A DNA stretch of 64,000 nucleotides, taken from positions 17,794,001-17,858,000 of the forward strand of contig NC_043004.1 in the NCBI RefSeq assembly GCF_006345805.1, in the 5' to 3' direction. The notes below the pieces were generated by a model. That model saw only the letters and a program-made list of their open reading frames with translations, had not been told where the DNA came from and did not search any database. The position numbers were made by a program, and so were the translations under genes. This document shows, piece after piece, positions 37,201-50,019 of the stretch (within the stretch, counting starts at the first letter, position 1; each line of letters starts with the position of its first letter). The DNA comes from Octopus sinensis (taxonomy: Eukaryota).

Positions 37201-40131
37201 CCAGTTTTGACCTCGTTAATTGGGGGTGGCCAGATCTACCTCAATGCTATAGCAACCGAGGTAGGCAAGTGCAGCGTACCCCAACCTTTGGGTTGGCTGG
37301 TGCCCATTCTCCTTTGCTATCATGGGGCCAAGGCCTTTACAACGATTTTTAAGAAACGGAGTACTTAATTTATTTTTTATAAGGCTAGTTCTTACACTAT
37401 CGGTTCTTTTGCCGAACTATTAAGTTACAGTGATATAAACATAACAAAACCTGCTTTCAGACGGTGGTGGGGAACAAACACAGACACACAGACACACAGA
37501 CACACAGAAACACAGACACACAGACACACAGAAACACACACACACACACATGCACGCACGCACACACACATGCACGCACACATACACACACACACACGCA
37601 CGCACACACACACACACACCACACATGCACGCACGCACACACACATGCACGCACACATACACACACACACGCATGCACACACACACACACACACATGCAC
37701 GCACGCACACACACACACGCATGCACGGACACACACACACGCACACACACACGCACACATACACAGACACAGACACACACACACATATATATATATACGA
37801 CGGGCTCCTTTCAGTTTCCGTCTACCAAATCCACTTATAAGGCTTTGGTCGGCCCGAGGCTATTGTAGAAGACAATTGCCCATGGTGCCACGCAGTGGAA
37901 TTGAAACCAGAAACATGTAGTTGGGAAGAAAGCTTCGGGCATTTATTACAGGGTCGATAAACTAAGTACCAGTAGTGTACTGTGGTCGCTCTGATCAACT
38001 TGCCCCCTCTCCAAAAATTTCGAGCCTTGTACCTAGAGTAGAAAACGTTATATGTATATTATTCACACTTCCAGAATATGTATATATCTGTTCAAAATAT
38101 ACGTTTCTATTTTCTAATGCAGAAATAAAGAAAATAAGAAGATAGGATAGAATCAAAGATTTAAGCAATTGATCACTTTTCTTTTCTAACCTGTTCAAAC
38201 ATATTAAGAAAGTGATTCATTTTCTCTCCTTCTTTTATGCTAGTGTTTACAATTTTGTACTTGTATATTTGTCTGCTGTGACAGATTATATTGCGATTAA
38301 AAAGGAGAGAGAGCATAAAACCAACATCGAATGAATACTATTATACTATACATCTATTAGAATAGTTTAAGAACGCTGTATATGTATAGTTGTGTATCTA
38401 TGTGTATTGAATGTAAATATGTTTATACTTTTGTATTCTGATATGTGTGAATACATAAGAGGCAAATTTGCATTAAGGCATTTGCTCCAGTGTGTCGTCG
38501 TATAACTTTGCTATTTGCATGTCTGTATGAGAGTGGACATACACAACATGTGAATGTTTGTGTATGTGTGTATGTGTGCTACTGTGTGTGTGTGTGAGTG
38601 TGCGAGCATGTGTGCACGTGTGTGCTACTGTGTGTGTAGAAATGGATGGTAAAGCTTCGAACGATCATTTATAATAAACACAGTGAGAAAAATAGACGCC
38701 ATTGTTAAGCCATAGGTGTTTTCCTCCGGGGCCAAACAAAGAAAATCTGTTTGGATACTTCCAGCATTCATTAAAGTCTCATGAGAAATCGGTTAACCCT
38801 TTTCTGTCCACAGAGAGAATATACCTATATATACTCTAAGCACATCACAAGGAAATGTAATTAACCTGTCAAATTTGCATAACAGTTGATGTGTAATACT
38901 CTTTTCTACGCTAGGAACAAGGACCGAAATTTTGAGGGAAAGGGTCAGTCGATTAGATCGACCGCAGTACGCAACTGCAAAACTGCATCATATACAATTA
39001 ATTGCTGCATGTCAGAATATGGTATGTAATCCTGATTTATATACGAAGTTATTACATCTAACTTTGGTATATCAAGAGCTATTACATCTAACAACGTTAT
39101 CGCGCAAACATCCTGTTGCCACTTTGACAGTGTGAACGCGATTGGAAAATAGGAAATCGTAACACCGAGTCATAGAACTCAAAGAACCGGTTGCCCAGTT
39201 TCTGAGGAGTCTAAGTGACCGAAATCACAACATTTCACCCTGAACGGGACACCAGTCCATTGCACAGTTATTCATTTACAGCCGAGTGGTTTGGAGTAAC
39301 GTGAAATAAAACGTTTGGCTCGAGAACCACGATTTTGCGATTGTTACTGCAACATTTCAAGTACTAAGCTATGAGCATTCTCTCCATGGTGGGGCTGATA
39401 TTTTACGTCAGGAGATCCACTAACTGACTGTTGAAAAGAGGGAAGTGGCTAGTTTCTTAGTTATACTCAACTCATAAATGATGAAAGATAAGTGAAATTT
39501 GAAATAGCTACAGAAACGGATCGAAATCGAATCATAAAAGCGACTCCCTAAATTTTATTTTCTACGAGTTTCTGCTCGTAGATCTTAACGCTCTTTTGAA
39601 AAAAAAAACCTTTAAGAACAACAATTTAAAAAAGAAATAATATTTTCAAATGGTTTCCTAATTCCATATGGATATTGCAAGGAACACTCGATCTTACAAA
39701 ATTAACAATGAATTTGTCTTTTTTGCTTATCGAATAATTAAAGCAATAATAACTATTATCAAATACTGGTTTCTTTCATCACAATTAACTACAGTTAACT
39801 TGTTAATACTTTATGCAATACATGCATTATCATTGATTTAAATAATTAGTAACAGATACCATTTTTAGTAACTTCTTCATTAATTTTATAAATCGAGTGC
39901 TCTTGAATTGCTTTGGGTTTATGTGACAAAAGTTTTTATATAGAATATATTTGAAATATGAATACAAAAATACCTTACGTTGTAGAGTATTTTTATGTTT
40001 ATGTTTCAAATGTAATATTCTAAAATATTCAATCATTTATTGCAATAATTTTCTTATCATGTTTACTTATTTATTACAGTAGTTCAGCTTATCTATCTAT
40101 TTATTTATAATATCATTTTTGTCTTTTACAG

Positions 40132-40401
40132 ATGTGTGCCATAGCCATAATATGTTTCATAATCGCATGGATGCCATACGCTGTGATTTGTCTCTGGTCA
40201 ATTTACGGCCATCCTGACTACATACCAAATTCTGTTCAAATACTGCCGTCCTTGTTTGCCAAGTCATCAGCATCTTACAACCCATTAATTTATGTTGCGC
40301 TTAACCGACGTTTCAGGTTAGCCATTGTCAAGATGTTTCGGTGTAATAACGATCAGCGCCCTCTGGAGGAGGAACTGCGAATGAAAAATTTGATGTGCTA
40401 A
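40132..40401 (+). CDS. RRH: Peropsin-like opsin, last coding exon (TM6, TM7, helix 8, stop)
   Basis: gtcttttacag acceptor, phase 0. Reads MCAIAIICFIIAWMPYAVICLWSIYGHPDYIPNSVQILPSLFAKSSASYNPLIYVALNRRFRLAIVKMF...*, with the retinal-binding K296 in LFAKSS, NPLIY, and NRR at 310-312. Closely parallels vertebrate peropsin (recalled: AWSPYSIVCLWASFGDP...LFAKSSTFYNP). Confidence 0.93.
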   Translation: MCAIAIICFIIAWMPYAVICLWSIYGHPDYIPNSVQILPSLFAKSSASYNPLIYVALNRRFRLAIVKMFRCNNDQRPLEEELRMKNLMC

Positions 40402-41315
40402 ACTACTTACATGTCATTTTGGGCTATCAGATCACAATATGACTGATGATCTATGGGTATCAAAGTGAGTGCATGTATGTCTATGCGTGTATGTACATGT
40501 ATGTCTGTGTGTGTATGTGAACGTATACCTTGCAGTGTGGGAATGCAATATGCAATGTACTATTGTATTTTTTCTTTCACTTTTCTTTCACTATCTAATT
40601 TTTTTTTATTTTAGAACTTAAATAACTTTATAACTTTTTGTCTGGTACATATAAATCACTAATTTTCAGACGTTCGCCGGTGAAAGCTGTCATCATTTCG
40701 TCATGCAATATTATTCGTCATAACGCGAAACATAAGTTTTTTTTTCTTCCAGTATTAATTCATATCTTCTAGTGCATAAACTCCGAGTAATTTAAATATG
40801 AAATTCTTATAGAAATTTAATATTTTATAACTGGTTTCTATCAAATGATTATTGAGTAAAAGGACAGGTTTCCTTCAGAATCAAAATGTTTGATAAAGAA
40901 TGAAATTTATAGCAAAACATCGATAGTCTGTCAAAGACTATAGCAGACGATCATGTTTCAGTTCAGATATGAATCTCCATAAATAAATTAAATTTTATCT
41001 TTAAAAAGTTCTGCTTAATGATCAATATCTTTAACAAAAGGTATTACTTCATTGCCAAAACATTTCAATCTCAAAATGGGAAATATCTGGAAACAATTTT
41101 TTTTTATTACAACTTACTTCCTGCAATGCATTTTTTAAAGGAATTTTAGTAAATGACAAAATCCCTAATCAAATAAGACTAGAACATAACTTACCTAAAA
41201 TCCCTCAATATGTACGTCCATAGATGTTTACGTATATACTTATGTGTACACACACAGACACACATACAGATATATACACAAATATATATATGTATACATA
41301 CATACATATATACAG

Positions 41316-41373
<58 letters not shown>

Positions 41374-41939
41374 GGGCTACAGCATGGTATAAAAGATGGG
41401 CTACATAATGGTATAAAAGATGGGCTACAGCATGGTATAAAAGATGGGCTACAGCATGGTATAAAAGATGGGCTACAGCATGGTATAAAAGATGGGCTAC
41501 AGCAATATTCTGCTCATACCACAGATTTGCTTGTCAGTTGTTTGACCTAACCAGTTGAGCATGTCCCTTAGTGGCTACGATATGTGCATCTCTGATCACG
41601 AGCAGAAGTAGTGGGGGAGCAAAGCCATGTGTTGAGAGGATTCTTTGGGGTTTGAATAGTTCACCTCTGGAACATGGGTGGTTCTTTCAACATCCTTAAA
41701 CAACCCTTATTCGGGACCGTTTGAGCGGGATGGGCTTACTCAACCTGAAGAAAATTCTAACTGGGCCCCACCTGCAAGGTCAGTGCTGTTTATCTTGATA
41801 TGAGATCACCATGTCGCGCACATATGGTTGTGATGCATGTGCCTGGTGTACCTTTATCAGACGGGTAGTCATGTGGGTATTTGGGCTTCGTATATTTTAC
41901 CCCAGTGTCACTTTGATGGCATGAACTGCTCTCTCACTC
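41374..41939 (+). mobile_element. (TAA)-tailed non-coding retroelement end, copy 3, with a 24-bp tandem array at its 5' junction
   Basis: Five units plus 11 nt of GGGCTACAGCATGGTATAAAAGAT (41374-41504), then the same body as 11856-12810, with (TAA)n on both sides. Confidence 0.85.
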
Positions 41940-41976
<37 letters not shown>

Positions 41977-42210
41977 TGAGGGAATATTATTCCAAACTTA
42001 CAGGGAAAAATTCAATTTAGAAGTACTAAATCAAATTTCACAAAATATAATATATATATATATAAATTAGAATTGTTATATTTAATTGTTATATGTTTTA
42101 TCTTATATTTAATTTTTGTATAATATGTATTTTCTAACTGGTATATTCATTTTTTCAGTATTGAATTGATAAAGTGATTTTTTTCAATTTATATATATAT
42201 ATCTATATAT

Positions 42211-42241
<31 letters not shown>

Positions 42242-42767
42242 CTTTATATATATATATATATATATACTGTGTATACACGACTCAACCAGGAAGACTCAAC
42301 GGGGTTACTTAGTCTGATACAATGTCCTCCAATTATGACCTACTCGCTTGAAAACAAATGATATGGCTGCTATATTAGAGCTGAACTATGGCTAAACACC
42401 AAAGAAATGTATAAGATACAACCCTTGTTTTGCTAATCAAATTCAAATCAACAATAATGTTTCCTTAGTATACCACTTATGGGGAATATAAAATATTTAT
42501 TGATTTGATACATACGTTACAAATTTTAATTTTGCAACAATTAAAGTAGGAAGCGTATGGAATGGGGATTTATATCGACATAATGTCTTTCTTGTTACTC
42601 CGTGCTGTCTTAAAGAAAGCTTGTAATCACACATTTTAACGCAATCCATGGTAAACAATGCCTGAGGGAAAACACGAAATTACCACAGCTGGAATAATTT
42701 TGATCCATATGAAGAAGACACATGACAAACAAATAACGATACATGCATTGCAATAAATAGACATGTT

Positions 42768-42807
<40 letters not shown>

Positions 42808-42918
42808 GTATACATATATGTATGTATGATGCATACTTATATATGTACGTATATAAACGTGCACATACATGTATTCATTATAAATTTACATATACGTGTG
42901 TGTGTATATATATATATA

Positions 42919-42953
<35 letters not shown>

Positions 42954-43023
42954 CGAGTAAACACATAAATGTGAAACAAGGTGGAAAAAAAGAGTACTCA
43001 AATACCAGTGGTAGAGTAATATG

Positions 43024-43179
43024 CTTTATTTAAAGCAGCAGAAAATTCAACAAAATCTGTTACTCTGAGTTTCTCGTTGCCGTTCATCAGACAGTTTTTA
43101 TAACAAAACTGTCTGATGAACGGCAACGAGAAACTCAGAGTAACAGATTTTGTTGAATTTTCTGCTGCTTTAAATAAAG
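43024..43179. repeat. Perfect 75-bp inverted repeat carrying two divergent hammerhead motifs
   Basis: Arms 43024-43098 and 43105-43179 are identical, with a 6-nt spacer. Each arm: CTGT-CTGATGA-ACG(GCAA)CGA-GAAA-CTC A GAG-TA|ACAG. Confidence 0.9.
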
Positions 43180-43693
43180 TATATATATATATATATATAT
43201 ACATACACATACATATATAGACACACACACACACACACACACACACAAAACACACATATACATACATACCTACATACATATATGACTGCGTTGTTAAGAA
43301 GATCGCTTTGCAACCACCTGTTTCGGATTCAGGCCCACCCGTGCAGCATCTTCAGCAACTGTCTTCTATTAAATCACGGGGCGAACCAGTGATAAGTGAG
43401 TGAATCTGGTAGACGGAAATTGTGTGGAAGCCTTTTGTGTACATATGTCTATATGCATGCGCGTCTATATTTATCCTTCCCCCACGTTGACAACTGGTTT
43501 GGGTCTTTTACGTTTCGGTAACTTAGCGGTTCAGCAAAAGAGACAAAGAGAACGAATACCAGACCTTAAAATATAAGTACTGGGGTTGAAATGTTCGACT
43601 AAAATCTATCAGGATGTGGCTTCAGCATGGCCGTAATCTAATGATTGGAAAGATAAAGGGTCAAACATATATATATATATCTGTAAGTGTGAT

Positions 43694-43905
43694 ATGTGAC
43701 AATTGTTCGGTAGCCATGATAAAACTCCGAGTTTCGGATGCCGGGTTGGAAATCCACGCCTCCATCTCTTCAGTTATCCGGTCATCGGAAAAATACTATG
43801 GAAAATGACCCCGATGGCCGGATAACTGAAGAGATGGCGGCGTGGATTTCCACCTCGGCATCTGAAACTCGGAGTTTTATCATGGCTACCGAATAATTGT
43901 CACAT
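43694..43905. repeat. Imperfect inverted repeat (about 95-bp arms) carrying two divergent hammerhead motifs
   Basis: Motifs at 43718-43778(-) and 43821-43881(+): GATAA-CTGAAGA-GATG...GTGGATTTCCA...CATC(C/T)-GAAA-CTC G GAG-TT|TTATC. Confidence 0.8.
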
Positions 43906-44166
43906 TTACAGATAAATTCCTATATTTACATAATATCGAGGTCTCTTTCTTTCCTTTGTTGTCTTACCATTTTTATCAATATTGATATATATATAAATTA
44001 ATTGTTATTGCCATATTAATATGGCATTCTGATAGATATAAGAATAATCGCTGCCATGGTCAGCTCCATGAGGCCACCGCCATCAAGATAGCTATTGATA
44101 CACAATCTGTATCCATTATAACCTTCGAACAAGGGAGGTCAGCCGCTTCACACTGCCAGTCCGACA

Positions 44167-44208
44167 GCTACAGACGCGTTTCGGGGTATTGCCCCTTGTC
44201 AATGTAGC
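44167..44208 (-). ncRNA. Type-I hammerhead motif with U3-A8 core (UUGACAA)
   Basis: GCTACA-TTGACAA-GGGG(CAATA)CCCC-GAAA-CGCG-TC|TGTAGC, inside a larger hairpin closed by CCTTCGAACA/TGTTCGAAGG (about 44122-44258). Confidence 0.75.
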
Positions 44209-47180
44209 GCAGTCAGACCCGCAGGTGTCGCCACTGACGTCTCTGTTCGAAGGCTTCTATTTACCTAGTTTCAATATATATATATTGAATCCAAACAAAG
44301 CAGAATAAACAAGAAAAAGCAATAACGCGAGGTTGTGGCACAAGTATCGTATTATCAGGCGTTCAGAAAAGGAAGGGAAGAGGATTTAACGTTTCGAGCC
44401 TTGCTCTTCAAAGGAAGGGAAGACGAAGGAAGAAAATCGCCAACGATACACACGCGGTTGGTGCCTTCATAAAGAACCATGTTTCTTGTAGGAACGTGAA
44501 TAACTACATAGCCACGTTCTGCCTTCATTAGCCGGTGTAATAATGAGGCTATTATTCAATAGTAAGAAAGTGATATACGGACATGCGCCATAATAGAATT
44601 TTAAAGAAAACTTGGCAATGGAACTTCGATCAAACATAAATGAGCTACATCATGTTTTCCATTATACACTTAAAGAGTAAAGCTCTCTGAATTAGCAAAG
44701 AACATTAAGGCGGCGAGATGGCAGAAACGTTAGCACGCTGGGCAAAATGCTTAGCGGTATTTCGTCTTCCGTCGAGATCGACTTTGCTTTTCATCCTTAT
44801 GGGGTCGATAAATTAAGTAACAGTTGCGTACTGGGGTCGATGTGGTCCTCTCCCTACCAAATTTCGATCATTGTGCCAAGAATAGAAAAGAATATTAGTA
44901 ACAGGTTAAAATTTCACAAATGTAACAGGATTTAAAAAAAATTTATTTTAAGCGTACTAACTTTAGCAATGAACTTGATGAAGCAGAATGATTTAATACT
45001 ATATAGTACTTATACTGTGAAAATAACAGGCATAATAAAATGGCTGATACATAATGATCGTAATGTCTGATTATAGGCAATCTCTAACCCATGCAACAAT
45101 TTGGTTCAATCTAAAATGATATGATAATCATACAAACTCTAATCTTAGTGTATTTTAATTATCATGTTGCTTTTATTGTTCATTGGGGATGCTAGTTTTG
45201 CTCAGACCTCACAAGCTCATTTGCTACAGCCCTTATTCACTGCAATTTCCTCCGCTTCTTACAATCCCTGTCTTAAATTCACTTCTTTGTCACTTCTGCT
45301 TGCCTGTCTCACTTTCACTGTCTTAAAACATCGTTATCGCAATTTGAAACATAAAAAAAAATGAAGGAAATATTATCCACATATTACAAGGAGAACAATT
45401 CAAAGAACATTCGCATTTCACTACATCCAATCGTTTTTATAGATTTTTAAGTATTATTAAATGATTGAAAGTCATTTCTCTATTTATTTCGGTTTTTCTT
45501 ATAATTGTTTAAAAGTTATTTCACTGTTTTGGTTCATTTTTATAGTTCACTATTTTATAAGTGACGATCTTTCTTTACAAGTTAGGAACGAACGCATTAA
45601 GCACTGCCATCTTTTATACAGAACAAGAAGACATAAAAAAAGATAGGTTTCTGTCTTAGTCTAGTATTTATATTTCCCTGAACAAGGATGCTTGTAATTA
45701 TTTTTCTATCGTCTTCTTTCATCAGTTGTAACAAGGTAGCAATTATTCCCAGCGTTAGCAAAAATTTTAGGAAAACCAACCAATAATTTATTGAAAACGA
45801 ATGAAATTTCATTGAAACTCAAATACTACCGTTATATCTGTAAAATCTAACTGACAATTTAATATGGCAGGACGCATTAAATATTGGAAAGAGAAATAAG
45901 TATATCTTAATGCATTAAATACATACATACGGCGGCGAGCTGTTAGAATGGTTAGCACACCGGACAAAAATGCTTAGCGACATTTCATCCGTCTTTACCT
46001 TTCATTCTTTTGGGGTTGTTAAAATAAATACTAGTTGAGCGCTGGGGTCAATACCATCGTCTCCCCTGAAATTGCTGCGCTTGTACCAAAATTTGAAACC
46101 ATTATATACATATGAATAAATATGCACACACATGCACGCACACACACGTTTATGAATATGTCCTAACAAGAGGCAAAATAAATAAATAAATGGAAGAAAG
46201 AAAGAAGGGAAAAAGAAAGGCAAACTACAAATAAAATCAGAAAGAAAAGAACACAAGAAGTCGAAAATATCCATATCCGTCCGTTGAACAAATTGCACCT
46301 GACTCTACGGTACGTCGAAAGGGGACGCATGCATGCTGGAGAAAAAGAGGGTCTCAATTGCTTCCCTCTTTGCTACATCCTCCATGCTACAGAAATGTCA
46401 GTAGTTCATTGTTGTAAATGCCTTACAGCCCAACGGCCGCAATGAAAGATTAATCATTTGTCGCTCAAGAAAGTTTCGGCCATTATTCATCAACAAAAAC
46501 CATGATACACTACACAGCCCTGTCGTATGTGATAGCAAAGAACCTGTAAATGCTTTCAACTAATGTACACATCCAATGCACCTGAAAATACGAAAATGTT
46601 AGCATTTTATTGTTCCTTATGTGCAAAACACCTCCATTCATTACAAGACTATTTGACCTTTAGTTATCGGTCTCTGTATTAAATGTGACTCAGTCAGTTA
46701 GACACAGAAACAGGACTGGCGCGGGATTTTTTTTAAACGTAAAAAAGATCTGCACGCACATCAGACATACCATCTCGCTTTCACGGAATATGCCCAATAG
46801 CAAGATTAAGTGAATACATTTGATTTTGTATGAGAATGCCCAGTAGTGCCTAAGGGTCGGAAGGGATCTCCAAACCTCACAGAGCATTTAACTTGATGCG
46901 TATGGAAGCCATAAATGCATCATTCCAGATGCCTGAAACAATGTATTATAGCGTTGTTTCTAATCCAGCTCGTTGGATCTTAGCATTTGTTCCAGCTGTT
47001 CCCATTAACCTGCTGCCGTTTACTTGCAAGGTGTGGCGGTGGAGTTCACTTATATGTGTGTGGTGTGTGTCTGTCTATGTATATATATAGTTAATCATGA
47101 AAACAAAAGAAAACACAACTCGAGGACGTGGAACAAGTATAATGTTATTGGACGCTCAGAAAAGGAAAGAAAGAAGAAGG

Positions 47181-47215
47181 ATTTAACGTTTCGAGTGGAG
47201 CTCTTCGTCAGAAAC
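47181..47215 (-). ncRNA. Minimal type-I hammerhead motif (canonical CUGACGA); degenerate sister copy at 44385-44413
   Basis: GTTT-CTGACGA-A-GAG(CTCCA)CTC-GAAA-CGT-T|AAAT. The surrounding element (about 47070-47295) matches 44290-44460 and is related to 5900-6055. Confidence 0.65.
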
Positions 47216-47324
47216 ATAGGAAAAGGAAAGATCCAGGGAAGGGAAGACGGAGGAAAAAAATCGCCAACAGTACACTCTCGGTCACATATTGAAAGTGTAT
47301 ATATATATATATATAGATATATAT

Positions 47325-47357
<33 letters not shown>

Positions 47358-47995
47358 GTGTGTGTATGTATACATGTGTGTGTTTGTGTGTATATATAAG
47401 TCTATAACATATAACACACACACACGTATATATATATATATATGTGTGTGTGTGGAGACTGATGGAGGCGGAAAATGGAATACAAACGAAACTGTTTGCT
47501 CCCAACAATCGTTTCAAACCATCTTGTAATGTTATAGATGGTTACTTGGTCGACATGTAGTAACCGTTTATAACATTGCAATAGAGTTTGTCGCTCACTA
47601 TTCCTGCCCAAGGGCTAAAACCTACGGTTACTAGCAACATGCTGTATTACAACCGAGCGAAACAGGGTTTATTTAACGAGACACCCATTGAAAAATCACC
47701 TGACCAGACACTTATACAGCGACCAGTATACAACCAGTGGTACAGTATCCCACCCGCGTTGGATCGATGCTAGATAGGTCAAAACTATTGTTGTGAGCAA
47801 GAAAACCTGTCGTATATTCCATTTACCGTCTCTATCATTTGTTATACGTACACACGACGAACACCGACGAATTCCCGAGGTAGTTCCAACGAGAATTGTA
47901 GAAAAAAACCCCTGGAAAACGTCGGTCGAGTAGCTATAGACAGTGAACGTGCTTCATCGGTAAACTACTAGGTACATACCCAATGCCTACGTAAT

Positions 47996-48048
<53 letters not shown>

Positions 48049-49972
48049 GTGTGTGTGTGTGTATGTATATATATATATATGCATGAATGTATGCATGCAT
48101 ATATGTATGCATGCATGTATGTATGTATGTATGTATGTATGTATGTATGTATGTATGTATGTATGTGTGTGTATGTACTTTCCTCGTTAGAGCGGTATGC
48201 AAACCATAAGTCTTTAGACCTGAGGTCATGTCATTCATGAGATCGCGAATGGCAAGGAAAGGACTTTGACAAACGTTGATGAAAGACTGATGGACCCAAT
48301 TATTAATCAAACAATCGATTTTTTGATTAGATAAGTGATTAACCAAGTGACTAATAATAATGAAAAAGTGAGGGAGAGTCAGTGCATGTATTTATTATTG
48401 ACATAATGATCCTTCTGAAATACAACAAAATTTTGGTCGAACCTTAGGAATAAACTTTATGTAGTTGTCTTTAATTGTAAGATATTCTCAATACTCAGGG
48501 ATAATTCCCCAATCCAATATTATTTCTTAATTTCAAGCAGGGAGCTGGCAGAATCGTTAGCATGCCGAGCAAAATGCTTACCGACATCTTTTCCGTCTTT
48601 ACATTCTAATTTCTAATTCCACTGATGTCGACTTTACATTTCATTCTTTCGGGTCGATAAAATAAGTACCAGTTTAGCTCTGGGGGGTAATGTAATCGTC
48701 TTAACTCCTCCCACGAAATTGCCGGCCTTGTACTCTTCACCCTTCATCTTTAACACTTTATTTCTGAGATTCGTCTCTAAATTTCATTTCGGTGGATATG
48801 TGGTTTGTTAAGCACTAATCCTTCGCTCGACTTCATTTCATTCCCACTTTAAGAAGAATCAACTCCTGATGTTACAGGTTCCTACGTTAAATAATTGAAT
48901 CCCAGCTTCAATATATTTCGTTTTATTCCATTAGTTTATGACAGCGGTTGACGCGCTCTTTCTGCATCATTTGATTGTCCATTTAATACCTTAGACCAAC
49001 ATAGAAAACGTCGAATTGTGTTTAACTATAACCATTCACACCACCATCATTTCAATTTTTCTACCTTTCGATTGAGCCGTTTTAATTTACTCTACAATCA
49101 ACCGGCGTCTTTGACAGAACTGGTCACAACACCCGAAGTACATTGGCTCGGGGGCACGTTAGACAAAATGCTTAGCGGCATTTTGGCCAGCTTTGCTTTC
49201 TGGGTTCAAATTTCGCCGATGTGAACTTTGCCTTTCATCTTTTCGGAATCGATAAAATAAGTAGTAGTTGACTCAACCAATCCTTAAAATTGCTGACCTT
49301 GGACAAAAATTGAACAGAATTGTTATTCTTAATGGTCTTATTAGTAGTAGTAGTACTATGTTTAGTGTTATTATTACATTTATTCAATATTTTTATTGCT
49401 GTCGTAAACCAGCGTGTCGTACTAAACGCTTCGTGGTGTTGTTTTTTGTTTCGTTATGAGGTTATGAGTTCAATTTCTGCTGAGGTCGACTTTGCCTTTC
49501 ATTTTTTCGAGGGCGATAAAATAAATACCAGTGATATGCATATCTTAATCCCTCAAATATTCTAGCAAATTTAACGGATTAATCTGGATTAGGCGTAGAC
49601 GTTGTTAACAAATAATGGCCGTCTTACAATTGTCAAAATTAGAAATCATTTTAAGGGAGCGAACTGACTGAATCGTTAGAATACCAGGCAAAATGCTTAG
49701 CGGCATTTCTTCAATCTTCATGTTCTGAAATCAAATTCTACCGAGGTCAGACTTGAATTTCATGTTTTTTCGTGGGAGATAAAATACGTACCAGTGATGC
49801 CCCTACTCCCATAAAAAATTTCAGCATTTCGCCTGGCGTGCTAACGATTCTGCCAGCTCACCACCATACTACTACTACTACTACTATACTACTACTACTA
49901 CTACTACTACTAATAATAATAATAATATAATAATAATAATAATAATAATAACAATAATAATAACAACAGCAA

Positions 49973-50019
<47 letters not shown>

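Noticed and set aside
40310-40325. Possible donor TTCAG|GTTAGC creating a further exon
   Set aside because: Weak donor. The frame continues with a normal helix 8 and C-terminal tail to a stop, and no downstream opsin exon was found.
41374-41504. CRISPR-like array
   Set aside because: The 24-bp units are contiguous with no spacers, derive from the adjacent retroelement, and the context is eukaryotic.
48770-49020. Possible hAT/Buster N-terminal remnant on the minus strand (RNILKLGF...NEMKSS)
   Set aside because: The similarity is too weak and stop-ridden to support without a search.
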